Positions 21,980 through 35,526 of a stretch of 64,000 nucleotides of DNA are shown here, piece after piece. A program made the translations under genes and the position numbers. This DNA is from Eledone cirrhosa. Taxonomy: Eukaryota. The stretch is from NCBI GenBank assembly GCA_964016885.1, contig OZ024746.1:32922001-32986000 (forward strand), given 5' to 3'. The first letter of the stretch is position 1, and each line of letters starts with the position of its first letter. The notes beneath the pieces are model-generated. The model was not told the origin of the DNA. It saw only the letters and a list, made by a program, of their open reading frames with translations, and made no database searches.

Positions 21980-24900
21980 GGTGATAATGTCACACAAAAA
22001 TCACCGGGAGTGACGAAATCACCGGTGGTTATGTAACCATACATTCGCCAATCCTCGATAAGAGTGTTTAAATGTCAAACCTAAACAGTTCGAATAACGG
22101 TGAAATGGAGACTAGAATGTCATGTGATAGACTCTCACCCAACAGGTGCTCCCTGGCTCAGCAGCAGGGACCTGCTGTCAACCAAATACTGCTGGTGTCG
22201 GAGGAAGAAGAAGAAGGAAAGGGACCAGAACCAACTGGACGAAAGAATTGAATAGAACTGTTATGCAATGTTACCTGAAGAGTAACCCCAAGGAGAAAGG
22301 CTATAGGAAACGGATGCATAACATCTGGAACGAGATTGGTCTATTTAAATTAGATGAACAAAAATTGGCCGGGCATGCTCGGGTAATAAGAACTAATGGG
22401 TGGATAAGCGAGCTGGAACTGGAGGAACTGAGCAGAGAGATTAGCTTGGAAATGGAGAGTGGAGTATGCCAGGCAAACGAGCCAGTGGGAAATGAAGGTG
22501 AGGAGGTCGAGAAAACGGAGGAACCACCCGAAGCAGACAATGATCTGAATGCTGAGATAAATAATACCTGGAACAGAGATACGGCCACCGAGGAGATGAA
22601 TGCTGACGGGCTAGGACAAGATTTGTTTGATATCCTAAACTTAGTGGTAGATGAATTGAACAATGATAGTGTGAGACCTATGAACCTAAGATTTGTAGAC
22701 AGGAAAAAGTTAAAAGAAACAACAGCTATGGTAAACAAAGTCATCCCATACCTTGAGGCGAGGAGCCTTCACCAGTGCAAAAATATCCTCAAAGCAACAG
22801 TAAATACGGTGAGGAAACTACTTGGTATAAAAGCGAGAGGAAACAACAAACAAGAAAGAGCAGAGCCTTGGTGGAAGAAATGACTGAGTGGTCAAATCAG
22901 GGAAATGAGAAATGACATTGGAAAGCTTGAGTCCCTACTGAATGGGACACTAAAAAACATAGACACTAAAAATAGACTGGAAATAAATTACAAAACTAAG
23001 AGGAAAAAGCTAAATATTATCATAGAGGAACTGAAGCAACGCATTGTAGCAAAGAGTGCAAAAATCAGGCGATACGAGAACAGAGTCAGTCAGTATAGAC
23101 AGAACCGCATGTTCGACAACAACCAGAAGATGCTGTTTGGACAGCTTGAAGGGAAACAAAGAGGCAACGACTTGATCCCTGAGGCGGAACAAACTAAAAC
23201 ATTCTGGAGAGGAATATGGGAGCAGGATGTTAAACATAATGACTAGGCAGTGTGGATTGAGATAGTGCAGAAGGAGATTAGTGAACAGGCACACCAACAA
23301 ACTGATTTGAGTATCACAGTTGAAACTCTTAAGGGGCTGGCCAAAAAACTAACCAACTGGAAATCACCAGGCCCAGATGGTGTGCAGGGGTATTGGATTA
23401 AAAATATAACATCCCTCCACCCGAAACTGACAATCATGTTCAATGACTGCTTGATGTCAGGTGAGGTACCAGAGTGGTTGACAAAAGGTACCACAGTTCT
23501 GATAATGAAAGACCGAATCAAGGGTAATGATGTTACCAACTATAGACCTATCACATGTCTGTCCGTAATATGGAAACTGTTGACAAGCATTATGTCTGAG
23601 GAAATCTACCATCACCTCCACACAAACAACTTGTTACCGGACGAACAGAAAGGATGCCGAAAGAAGTCACGTGGTACAAAGGACCAGTTACTTATTGATA
23701 AGATAGTAATGAGGAATTGCAAGAGGAGAAACACTGGTCTTGCCATGGGATGGATAGACTACAAAAAGGCATTTGACATGGTGCCTCATTCTTGGATCAC
23801 CAAAAGCCTGGAGATCTTCAAGGTGGCAGATAACATAAGACAGTTGTTGGGCAAAAGTATGAAGTCCTGGGAAACAGAGTTAACATCAACTGGAGAATCC
23901 TTGGGAAGCGTGAAGATCAAGAGAGGTATCTTCCAGGGAGATAGTCTGTCCCCTCTGTTGTTTGTCCTTGCCCTGATGCCCCTGACCAGTTTACTGCGAA
24001 AGGTGAGAGCAGGATACAGGTTGGGAAAGGGAGGGCTTACCATCAATCACCTCCTCTTCATGGACGATCTTAAGCTCTTCGGGAAGAGTGAGAAGGAGTT
24101 GGATGTGCTTGTTGACACTGTCCGTATTTTCAGCAATGATATATGTATACAATTTGGTATTAGTAAGTGTGGAGTCCTTGTGATGAAGAGGGGTAAATTG
24201 AGCAGAAGTAACGGAATCCAGGTACCAACAGGTGAGATGATAAAGGAAATTGACACTGAAGAAGGATACAAGTACTTGGTTGTTCTGGAGGCTGATGACA
24301 TCAAGAACAAAAAAATGAAGGAATTGATAAGAACTGAATACATTCGGAGAGTAAGAAGCGTATAAAAGTCACATCTGAACAGTAGGAATGCCATAAGTGC
24401 AGTAAATTCTCGAGCTGTGTCTATTATTAGGTACAGTGCGGGAATTCTGAGATGGAATGTTGCTGAACAAAAAGAAATGGATAGGAAGACTAGGAAGCTA
24501 TTGACTATCTACAACATGTTCCACAAGAGGAGTGATGTCGATAGACTCTACTTAAGAAGATCTGAAGGTGGAAGAGGTCTTATCAGCATAGAGGACTGTG
24601 TTCAGATGGAGAAAAACAACCTACACAAATACGTGACTGGTAGTAAGGAGCCAATGCTCAGAACTGTACTGAAGGAGGGGACAATAGACCAGGGGATGTC
24701 CAAGGAGGAAATAACATCAAAGAGAAAGAGCAGCCTTCAGGAAAAATCCCTTCATAGTACCTTCTTTGAGAAAACTGAATTCAGAGATCCATAGACATGG
24801 AACTGGTTGAGAAGAGGAGACCTTAAAAAGGCTACAGAAGGAATGTTAATGGCTGCGCAGGAGCAGACCCTCAAAACGAAGTGGTTGAAACACCATATTT

Positions 24901-25569
24901 TCAAGGAGGAGGCTAGCCCACTGCGCAGGATCTGTGGAGAGAGAGAGGAGACTGTGGCTCACATCGTATCCGAGTGTAAACACCTAGCCCAGACTCACTA
25001 TAGGGCTGGAGACATGATGTGATGGGCATGGTGATCCACTGGCACCTATGCAAAGTAAACAATTTACCACATTCTGAGAAGTGGTATGAGCATAAGCCAG
25101 AGTCGATGATAGAAAACGATCAGGTGAAGGTGCTGTGGGATTTTAGGATACAGACGGACAAGAAACTGGAACACAATAGACCTGACCTGGTGGTTGTGGA
25201 CAAAGAAAAAAGATCGTGCCTGATTGTGGATGTGGCCTGCCAATTCGACACGAGAGTGCAAGAGAAGGAGAGGGAGAAAATTAACCGATACCAGGACTTA
25301 AAGTGGGAGGTAAAAAGGATTTGGAACTGCCATGAAGTCAAAGTGGTCCCGATTGTCATAGGCGCACTAAGTACTGTCTCAAAAGGTTTCCAGGGATGGT
25401 TAAAGAAAATTGGCCCCTTCACGCTTTTTGGAACAGTTCAAAAGGCATACTTGCTGGGAACAGCAAGAACCCTCCGATACGTCCTGAATATCTGAGGCTG
25501 CAGGTAGTGGCTTGATATTAATTTCAACAAACTATCCAGTTAACTAACATCAATGACTGAGACTCAAAG
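21980..25569 (+). mobile_element. Near full-length R4/Dong-type LINE, (TAA)n tail
   Basis: Single long reading frame with RT and RLE; short 3' UTR ...ATGACTGAGACTCAAAG then (TAA)n at 25570-25589. 5' boundary approximate. Confidence 0.9.
22146..25495 (+). pseudogene. R4/Dong ORF (N-terminal domain, RT, CCHC, PD-(D/E)XK endonuclease); four in-frame stops and one frameshift
   Basis: WTKELN..MQCY, KSPGPDG, NYRPITCL, WIDYKKAFD, FQGDSLSPLLF, LFMDD, RRICGEREETVAHIVSEC (first Cys lost), NRPDLVV..VDVAC, VPIVIGAL. The first five fragments share a frame. Confidence 0.93.
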
Positions 25570-25589
25570 AATAATAATAATAATAATAA

Positions 25590-28500
25590 ATTTATCAGAT
25601 CAAGCTATTAGCACAAAGTCAGCGAAGGGAAAATGAAACATGTGTCAGTGAAAACGAGGTAAATTGTAACACTTCGAATCCCAGGGTTGGGGCGGAATCA
25701 CTGACAACAGAACAAATTAAAGAAAGGATCGAAAAAGTGGAGGGAGTGCATGCTCAAGATGAAACTCCAAATGAAAACAATGAGATCGTAAATGATAAAG
25801 AAATGAATGAGAATGAACTTGCCAACTTGAAGGATGAAATTATGATCGAATGGATGAAAATGAAAGAATCTGACATGGGGCAACGAGACACCCTCCCTAA
25901 GATCCAGAACTCCAAACAGAACCAAAAGATAATAGACAAGACTAACATAATTATCAAAAACATTATCATCACAAACAAACTAAACATTACTGATTTAAAT
26001 CATCTCTATTATGCATCGGCTAAAGTCACCACTCACTTATGTGGAGTGAAGATGAAAAAACAAAGGAATTCCCACAAGAAATCTACTTGGCAAGAGAACG
26101 TCAATCGCCAAATAAACCTTCTCCGATCTGACATAGAAATTTTAACAAACTATAAAGTAGGTGAACATGTTTAGAAAATTGAAAAGAAAGTACAGTATAA
26201 AATCAACAAGTGACATAGACATGCTGATAGAAATAATCAAGCAAAAAGTGTCGGCCAAAGCTGCTCGTATAAGGCGCTTTGAAAAACGATCTAGATTCTA
26301 TAAGGACAATAATATGTTCAAAAACAACAAAAGAAACTTCTACAGAAAAATTAGTAAGTCAACAATAACTGCTAAATCAATACCACCCAAGGAGGAAGTG
26401 CAAGAATTCTGGGAAAAGATCTGGGCTGAAGAAAAAGTTCATAATATACATGCCCCATGGATAGACAGACAAATGAAAGATACAGCTCACCTTGAGGAAC
26501 AAATATGGGAAAATATAACAGTTGAACAGTTGCGTGTGGCTCTAAGAAAAGCCAGCAAATGGAAATCCCCAGGAAAAGACAAAATACAAAATTTTTGGAT
26601 AAATGCCTTCACAGAGTTTCATGAGCTGTTAGCCCAACTTTACAATGAAATAGTTAAGGAGCCAGAAAAGATACCATCATGGCTAGTTAACGGCATTACA
26701 TTCCTGCTTCCGAAGAATGATGAAACAAACAATCCCAAAAATTACAGACCGATAACTTGCTTGACCACAATGTATAAAATTTTAACATCAGTCCTAACTG
26801 AATATACATATGACCACCTGATAACAAATGACCTATTTCCCATTGAACAGAAAGGGTGTAAACGAGGCTCATATGGCTGTAAGGATCAGCTTTTGGTTAA
26901 CAAAATGATACTGGAAGATTGTCATAATAGACACAAAAATCTATCGATTGCTTGGATAGATTATAAAAAAGCATTCGATAGTTTGCGACACAGTTGGATT
27001 GAAAAATGTTTAGAGATTTTCAAAATATCCCCCGTTGTCAGGAGGTTTTTGTCATTCAGTATGAAGACATGGAAAACGACACTCCTTTTGAATAGTGAAA
27101 CAAAATCACTGGAAGCTTAATTGTGGAATTTTTCAGGGTGACTCTTTATCACCGCTTTTATTCTGCATCGCACTTATACCATTAAGTAAAATGCTCAATG
27201 AAACAAAACATGGATATAAAGTCTATGACAAAACCATTAATCACTTGTTCTACATGGATGACCTGAAATTATTTGCAAAAAATGATGAACAATTGCAAGG
27301 GCTATTATCCACTGTGGAGCAGTCCAGTGATGACATTAAAATGGAGTTTGGACTAGATAAATGCGCCAAAGCAACGTTCACCAGAGGAAAGCTGCTGAAA
27401 AATTCAGACATTAATCTTGATCGGGGGAATGTGATAAGAGAACTTGATCAAGAGGAAACTTACAAATATCTAGGTGTTTGTGAAGGAGACGGAATCAAGC
27501 ACTCGACAATGAGGGAAAGGATAAGGAAGGAATGTTACCGCAGAGTAAGAGCAATCTTAAGAACGGAATTGAATGCAAGGAATAGGATCGATGCCATAAA
27601 CACGCTTGCCATACCAGTAGTAACCTACAGTTACAATGTCATCAACTGGTCAAGCACAGAGATCCGTAGGCTCGGTACAAAAATTCGAAAATTCTTAACC
27701 ATGCACAGAACGCATCACCCTAAGGCAGATACAGATAGAATATATCTCCCTAGGAAAGAAGGAGGACGTGGGTTAATTCAGTTAGACATTGCGTTGAAAA
27801 CTGCAACAATTGGATTATCTACATATCTAAGGGAATCACATGATTAGATGATCAAACTCGTTTTGAAACACGAAAGCATCAAAAGATCATACTCCATTAC
27901 AAAAGATGCACAAAGATACAGTAATGGACTACACATTTCAGAAGTCCCATTTACTGCTGAAATGGAAAACACAGAAAAAGCAAAGCAGGTAAAAGTAACT
28001 GCAAAGAAAGAACTGCTACAGAAACTGGCTAAGAAATGGCAAGAAAAGCCTCTGTATAGAAAATACCCAGAGCGAGCTAACAATCCTGATGTTGACAAAA
28101 CTTTAACCCATCAGTGGTTGGCATCCTCTGGACTGAAATCGGAGACTGAAGGACTGATTATATCGGCACAAGATCAGTGTCTGCCAACAAAAAATTACCA
28201 AGCCAACATAATAAAAAATGGGTGCAGCCCATTATGCCGTGTATGCAAAAAACAACCAGAGACCATTGACCATATAATTTCAATGTGCAGTCCTATAGCT
28301 CCAACCGTATACCTAAACAGGCATGACAGAGCTGCACAATACATACATTGGATAATGTGTAAGCATTTTGACCTGCCCCATCAAAAGAATTGGTGGGAGC
28401 ATCAACCACCTCCCATACTTGAAAAAGATCACATCTCAATCTTGTGGAACTTTAGCATCCAAACAGACCGAAAAATAGATGCAAACAGACCTGATTTAAT

Positions 28501-28945
28501 ATTGAAAGACTTTCAAAAGAGGGTATGCCTACTAATTGATATGCCTGTTCCAATAGACAAGAATGTATCTATAAAAACATTTGAAAAATTGAGCAAGTAT
28601 AAGGACCTGGAGATAGAAATTGGAAAAATGTGGAAATTGAGAACTAAAACAATACCAGTGGTTGTAGGCGCTCTGGGAATGATACCTAAGGGGTCTAATG
28701 ATTACTTATCGCAAATCCCAGGAAACCCGCGTATAGGAGAAATACAAAAGATAGTACTAATGGGAACTGCCCATATACTAAGGAAGATTCTGTCAATATA
28801 AGTACAGCACAAGTCTAAACACTAAAGATGCATGTGTGAATATGTATGTTCTTTCTTGAACATGGCGGACCTTGTTGTCTCTTGAGGTCACTGGTTGTGA
28901 CTTGGTGATAACTCGTATGAACATAAAGCAAGATAAATGCAACTG
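25590..28945 (+). mobile_element. Second, distinct R4/Dong-type LINE, 5'-truncated, between two (TAA)n tracts
   Basis: Begins right after the TAA tail of the first element and ends with (TAA)n at 28946-28968. Confidence 0.9.
25737..28801 (+). pseudogene. R4/Dong ORF (RT, CCHC, RLE), frameshifted
   Basis: WKSPGKDKIQNFW, NYRPITCL, FQGDSLSPLLF, FYMDD, HHPKADTDRIYLPRKEGGRGL, CRVCKKQPETIDHIISMC, RHD, NRPD..ID...EKLSKY. Confidence 0.93.
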
Positions 28946-29681
28946 TAATAATAATAATAATAATAATAAAAACAACAACAACACATCAACAACAACATCA
29001 ATATTATATCCCACAGCACAATCAAGCTGATAGCTATTATTTTCATAATAATTCGCAGTGATACGAAAATGTCTTATTTTCTTTGATTGTTTTAGTTGTT
29101 ACATTGCCGATGATTTTAGGCATTGCACTAATTTTCCCCAGAATGTTCTTAATATCTTACGTACAATTCCCTAACTGAAACAAATTTGCTTTTTTTCTTT
29201 ACTTGAAGCAGTCACGTCATAATCTGGAAATATGTATAACAAAAGAAAATAAAAGAAATTACTAAGGGATTAACAATTCAGATTGTCAGCTTAAATAAAT
29301 AGAATAACGGAATATATATCGAACAAGAATATCGACATTCAGTATTAAGAATGCCAGAGATACAAAACAATAAACAAACAGAAAGCTGGTCTATTGAAGC
29401 TGTATGAAACTAAATAGTTCTGAATAATAGCTGCATTCAGTTACTTGTTCAACTTGTACTCAGTTGACATTGGGTTCGTAGATTAAGTAATATAAAAAAT
29501 TAAATGCGAAAAAGAGACGAACAAAAATCCTTTAATAATAATAACAATAATAATAGTTTTTATTGGTATTATTATTGTTTTCAATATCATTAATTATTAT
29601 GTGAAATCAAAATAGGGTAAATAAATGTTTGTACCGGAAGTGATCAAGGAGAGATATTATACTCATGCAATCAAACTCACA

Positions 29682-29763
<82 letters not shown>

Positions 29764-29795
29764 TACTCACTCTCTTTATCTCACCCTCTCACACA

Positions 29796-29837
<42 letters not shown>

Positions 29838-29901
29838 CATACACACACATATGTATATATGCATGATATATATACGTACATACACACACATATATATATA
29901 C

Positions 29902-29990
<89 letters not shown>

Positions 29991-30707
29991 ACTTTTTTGC
30001 ACGATTTTTTTAAAAATAGAAAATCTGCCAAGTGGTATGGAGTATATGACTATATTCCATATCAAATAAAAGAAACAGACGATAAAGAAGGAAACGCAAA
30101 GAATAAAAAAAAAAATAATAATAATAAAAAAGATAAACAAACATAAAAAAAAAAAATAAAACTAAAAATTACATTTGCACGAACTGGTTAACTTACAAGC
30201 AGGAAAGCAGAAACATGTCTGCAGTAACACCCATTCTATCATTTCTATTTTTGCAGTGTTTTCTTTTTATTCTTTTCTATTTTATTTATTCATTTTTTCT
30301 TTTGTTTAGTGTTGTTTGGTAGCTATGAATATATTTTCTACTCCTTATTTCTAATACTGAATCTTTATTTTTTTTTAATATAAAGTTTGTTGCAGTTGTT
30401 GTTATTGTTGTAGTGGTAGTGTTGGTTTTGGTGGTGGTGGTGGTGGTGGTTTTGGCGGTAGCTGATGACGTTGTGGCAATTGCGTCTCCGGAAAAATGGT
30501 GTGGAAAGTTTCTATCAAGCTATGGTAACAGAAACGATGCCATTAAGAGATTAAAGCTCAAACTTTCCAATGAAGAACAGGAAAAAAAAAGAGATGAAAA
30601 GCTTTATTTGGAGCCTAAGAAAAAGAAAGCCACAAAAAAGAAAATATGTACGAATCGTGGATACACGCATGCACACATACACAGGGGCACACACACATAT
30701 GGACATC

Positions 30708-31402
<695 letters not shown>

Positions 31403-31869
31403 GCATACATATTACATATATACATTTAAACATATACACATATATATATACACACACATGTGTGTATGTAAGTTATACACGCCAGAAAACTTATATATAT
31501 ATACTCATATATATACTCAACAAAGTATCGGCTACGAAAAAATTACATACACACACGCACACACCCAGACCCATAAACACACACATACATAAAATGATAA
31601 CAGATCAAACGAGTAAAGTTAGACAGAAATCTAAAATGTGCAATACGCATATGGTGCACATATGTTCACGCATATTGAAATACATAGAAAATTATACTGA
31701 TATGGGAAGGTATTATATGATATATCCATGCAAATATATAATAAATATATAACAAACAATCGGTAAATCTGAATATATAAATATGGAAATATATAAGCTT
31801 GTATTTGTGTATGTATATCTCTTTTATATGCATATGTATGTATATTGATATGTGTCTATGCATTCTTAT

Positions 31870-31970
<101 letters not shown>

Positions 31971-32027
31971 TATAAAATATATAAAATAACAGGAGGCTGG
32001 ACTGGTGTAATTCCTTAAAAGGTTTAT

Positions 32028-32087
32028 TATACTTTGATCATTTCAATGACCGGATTCAGTATGAATCCAGTGACATCATCAGGTATT
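32028..32087 (-). ncRNA. Hammerhead-like motif with intact CTGATGA and GAAA but degenerate cleavage site
   Basis: Minus: AATAC-CTGATGA-TGTCACTGGATTCA tac TGAATCCGGTCATT-GAAA-TGATCAAA-GTAT, then AATAAA. Stem II pairs well; the NUH triplet is out of register with stem I. Confidence 0.4.
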
Positions 32088-32199
32088 CGAAATATAACAA
32101 AGGAATATAATAGACAAAATCCATGGGGCTGAAAAATCAGAGATATGAGGGCGGCCGAACATTTAGCATCTTCTACCCCGGTCGGCCGCCCTCCGTACT

Positions 32200-32315
32200 C
32201 GCACCACCAACTAAACAAACGAAGAGGATGAGTTGCATTACGTTGAATGCTCTCCATAATATTATATCGAGGTTGACCATACGGAATGACCAGTTCTATC
32301 CAGTGGTGAACCAAT
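32200..32315 (-). pseudogene. CR1/L2-group LINE ORF2 C-terminal remnant (tentative)
   Basis: LVHHWIELVIPYGQPRYNIMESIQRNAT resembles the LVRxxLEYxxxxWxP...LESIQRRAT region. Confidence 0.35.
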
Positions 32316-32327
32316 AAATCTAAATAA

Positions 32328-32405
<78 letters not shown>

Positions 32406-32444
32406 GATATTAACAAATGGAAACTATATTTATAAAGCCATATT

Positions 32445-32509
32445 TATTTCATTATACATATTTCAAGGACACCAAGTTAAATTATGGTGGGCTTTCATCA
32501 GATAAAATA
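32445..32509 (-). ncRNA. Minimal type-I hammerhead ribozyme (inverted-arm copy)
   Basis: Minus: TATTTTAT-CTGATGA-AAGCCCACCA...TGGTGTCCTT-GAAA-TATGTAT-A|ATGAAATA. Confidence 0.62.
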
Positions 32510-32684
32510 TAATATAGATCAGTTTTATAAATAAATATTGACATACCCTTAAAGAATGCAACCATTACTGTTGGAAGCTCCCGGATAGTGGAGTTGTAGC
32601 TTTAATTATCCGGGAGCTTCCAACAGTCATGGTTGCATTCTTTAAGGGTATGTCAATATTTATTTATAAAACTGATCTATATTA

Positions 32685-32749
32685 TATTTTATCTGATGAA
32701 AGCACGCCATAATTTAACTTGGTGTCCTTGAAATATGTATAATGAAATA
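32685..32749 (+). ncRNA. Minimal type-I hammerhead ribozyme
   Basis: Stem I TATTTTAT/ATGAAATA; CTGATGA 32693-32699; stem II AAGCACGCCA/TGGTGTCCTT; GAAA 32730-32733; short self-complementary stem III ATATGTAT; predicted AUA cleavage after 32741. Confidence 0.68.
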
Positions 32750-32877
32750 AATATGGTTTTATAAATATAGTTTCCATTTGTTAATATCGTATTTTTACTC
32801 CAAATATTTGTTGAGTGCTTTATATCAGCTATAAAAATATTTGCTTGTTGTATCCCAACAATTTAAATAGAACTTTT

Positions 32878-32950
<73 letters not shown>

Positions 32951-32976
32951 TATAAATATATATATATATATATATA

Positions 32977-33171
32977 AGGAAGGAGTTGTGGTAAGGAACC
33001 AGATGGACCATAACGCACCAGAGTACTCAATACTTAGGGTAGTAGAGTGGGTAATGGGAAAATGTATGACCTCGACGGCAGTGCTCAAGCCGTTTCGACG
33101 GCTATTTCTGGACTGAGTCCAGAAATAGCTGTCGAAACAGCTTGAGCTCTGCCGTCGGGGTTATACATTTT

Positions 33172-33173
<2 letters not shown>
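32977..33173 (-). mobile_element. Short dispersed element between (TA)n tracts, with a fold-back hairpin (Penelope-terminus-like)
   Basis: Reverse complement matches 47171-47310. Hairpin with ~44-bp arms at 33071-33160 centred on GGACT-G-AGTCC. Confidence 0.7.
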
Positions 33174-33226
<53 letters not shown>

Positions 33227-33656
33227 GAAGAACACTGGAAGGTAAGATCCGTAGTAGTAGACCACTCAGTCCATGGGACGAATGAAGATCCGCTAAGGTG
33301 AAACATTTGTTCTCGGTATGGTGAACTAACTGTTGTGTTACTACTTCTCTCTCTCTATATATATGCACATATATGCACACACATACATATACAGATACAT
33401 ATATATATATATACATGAAAGTATATAATGTGGTCAACCGTAGTTAATCTCAATGTAATCCGTTAGCAAGTAATTCAATGAGATCCAGAGACAGGTTCCG
33501 TGTTTCGCTGAATCAATCCTTTAAATATAGAGTTTTCAGATTTAATTAATTACCAACACTGATTTATTTTATAGGTAGATTTCGGTAAGAATATATTATT
33601 TCTAGTTATGTCTTACTTGGTTGAAGAAATTGTTATGCCCATAGTGATTTCAAGTA

Positions 33657-33863
33657 TTAGGTAGGTTTATAGTATTTAAAAGTTTTCAGGATTTTATGAT
33701 TACATAAAATAATTAATTCCTTCTTCTTATTTACTAACCTATCCGTAGATTTCATAATTTGGAACAGTTCCTGAGAACATAATGGACACTCCCTTCTTTC
33801 ACCTTGATTCAAGTTAGTTCTCTTCAGGATACTCCATTTTATGTTGTATGTTATACTTTTCAT
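33657..33863 (-). pseudogene. Penelope-like element GIY-YIG endonuclease C-terminal remnant
   Basis: YNIKWSILK...CPLCSQELFQI...VNKKKELIILCNHK fits the PLE pattern YxIxWxIL...CxLCxxEKxxI...LNKRxELxxxCRH. Confidence 0.7.
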
Positions 33864-35526
33864 CTTAAAATTGTTAATAGTTTCCGCTTGTGATTAGAAG
33901 TCGCACCTATATAGGATCATGTAGTGTCCTTAGTAATTACTTTACATTTATATACTATACTGTTAATTAAGTAATTGCCATTAAGGGGTCAGTTAACTTT
34001 AATTCTAGTTACATCTGTTTGTTTGGGATGTGTTATATAATCGAAGATTAGTATTTATGTTATTACTATTATTTTTTTATTATCATTAATAGTATCACTG
34101 CTTGTATTGGTTTTTATTTAGTTGGTAATTGAGAATGGTATTATGAATACAGAATTGTTAGATATTAGGTTTGCGTTAGATTAGTTAGTGTTGGGTTGGT
34201 TGCGGGTGTATTTTCAATGATATGACCAGTCGAGGAGATTATTACAGCCTGATGATTGCTGGATACTTCATTTAGCTGATCTAAGTTAGCGGGTATTTTG
34301 CAGGTTGTGGGTGTGTAGTTAGTATTATTAGATGTGTTTTGGTTTAAATTGTGAGTAAATATTAGTTGAAAGACCAGTTCCATCTATTTGTGGGGGTTGA
34401 TTTATGGGTGCATTTTCTACTATCCTTCATTTATAGAAATTCATTGCACTTATTTTTTGCTGCAGATTGGTTGAATTTGAGTAAGAAAGTTCAACGGTAA
34501 AGTGGTTAAGGATTTGGTGATATTTGTGGTTAGGTGGGAAGTGGTTATCTAAGATTGCAAAGAATCAGAATCTTTTTAGGTATTTGTCCGTTAGTTTGTA
34601 TGTTGTAGTTTGTTAGTTTGTATGTGATTTTTCTTTTACATCTGTCTTAATTATTGTACTTCATGAATGTTTATGTAGTTCTGTTTTTCTTTGCCATCAT
34701 TGTAATGGCCGCTTTGCCAGTATTTTATACATGAAGCTTGACAGTTATACTTATTTATAAAAAGTCACGTGTTTATGATAGGTGAATGTTTCTTGTTAGT
34801 ATTGTACGGCAGCTGCTATGTTAATTTTTGCATTTTTTTGCTATGTACGTATTGTTTCCATGATTGAACGCCTATTTATATTAAGAATTTTGCATAATAC
34901 ACTTTTGTTGTCTTTTAGTGTTTTTCTATCCAGAATTGTCGTTTTGTTGTGCGGTGTAGTAAATTGCAACGATTCCTTGTTGTGACTGCATGGTGAGCTT
35001 TCGAGAGACTATTGTACTCGTATGGTAAATGTAGAATTTCGTTGAACGAAGCTTATAACTTGTAGGTAGAAATACATTTTTTATCCATATTGTACGAGTT
35101 AAGCAGCTTAATCCGCCACAGGCAAACTTGGATTCTAAGTCAATTCAATTTCTATAATATTGACTTCTCCCAGCTACTTCTTAATAGACATATAAAAAGT
35201 CCTCCTACTCATTTTCGGTGGCCAAATGTAGAACACCTATTCTCTTTCTTGATTGAATTCTTCGGGTGAATTTCTATTTTTACAACTGTATCGTTTTGTA
35301 CAACTTCTTTACGTTAAATTCAACTGTTTTGAATGGTGTACATATTGTTACCGCCTTTGTGGGATTCTCATTTCACTGCCACCCCAGTGGTTGCCATTCT
35401 TACTATGATGTTTCAAACATTGACGGAAATGCTATTTGTTTTAGAATATAAATTCTTATCATCTAAACAGTCACGTATCCCCACCTTTCTCAATATGTAA
35501 CAAATCAAGCATGCCTGTCGCTTCAA

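Larger units (their letters stand above)
32402..32792. repeat. Long palindrome (186-bp arms, 19-nt loop) with a hammerhead in each arm; inverted pLTR-like structure
   Basis: 32402-32587 is the reverse complement of 32607-32792, with only a few mismatches. Confidence 0.93.

Noticed and set aside
30170-30600. Possible host exons on the minus strand (AG at ~30520; GTAAGT at ~30190)
   Set aside because: The reading is low-complexity Thr/Asn with no domain, and the small candidate exon lacks a polypyrimidine tract. Not supportable without RNA data.
33225-33345. Hammerhead-like ATGAAGA-TCC..GGT-GAAACATTTGT
   Set aside because: Core C is missing and stem I is out of register.
33470-33545. Hammerhead-like CTGAAAA...CGAAAC on the minus strand downstream of the GIY-YIG remnant
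   Set aside because: Core is mutated and no stem I pairing was found.
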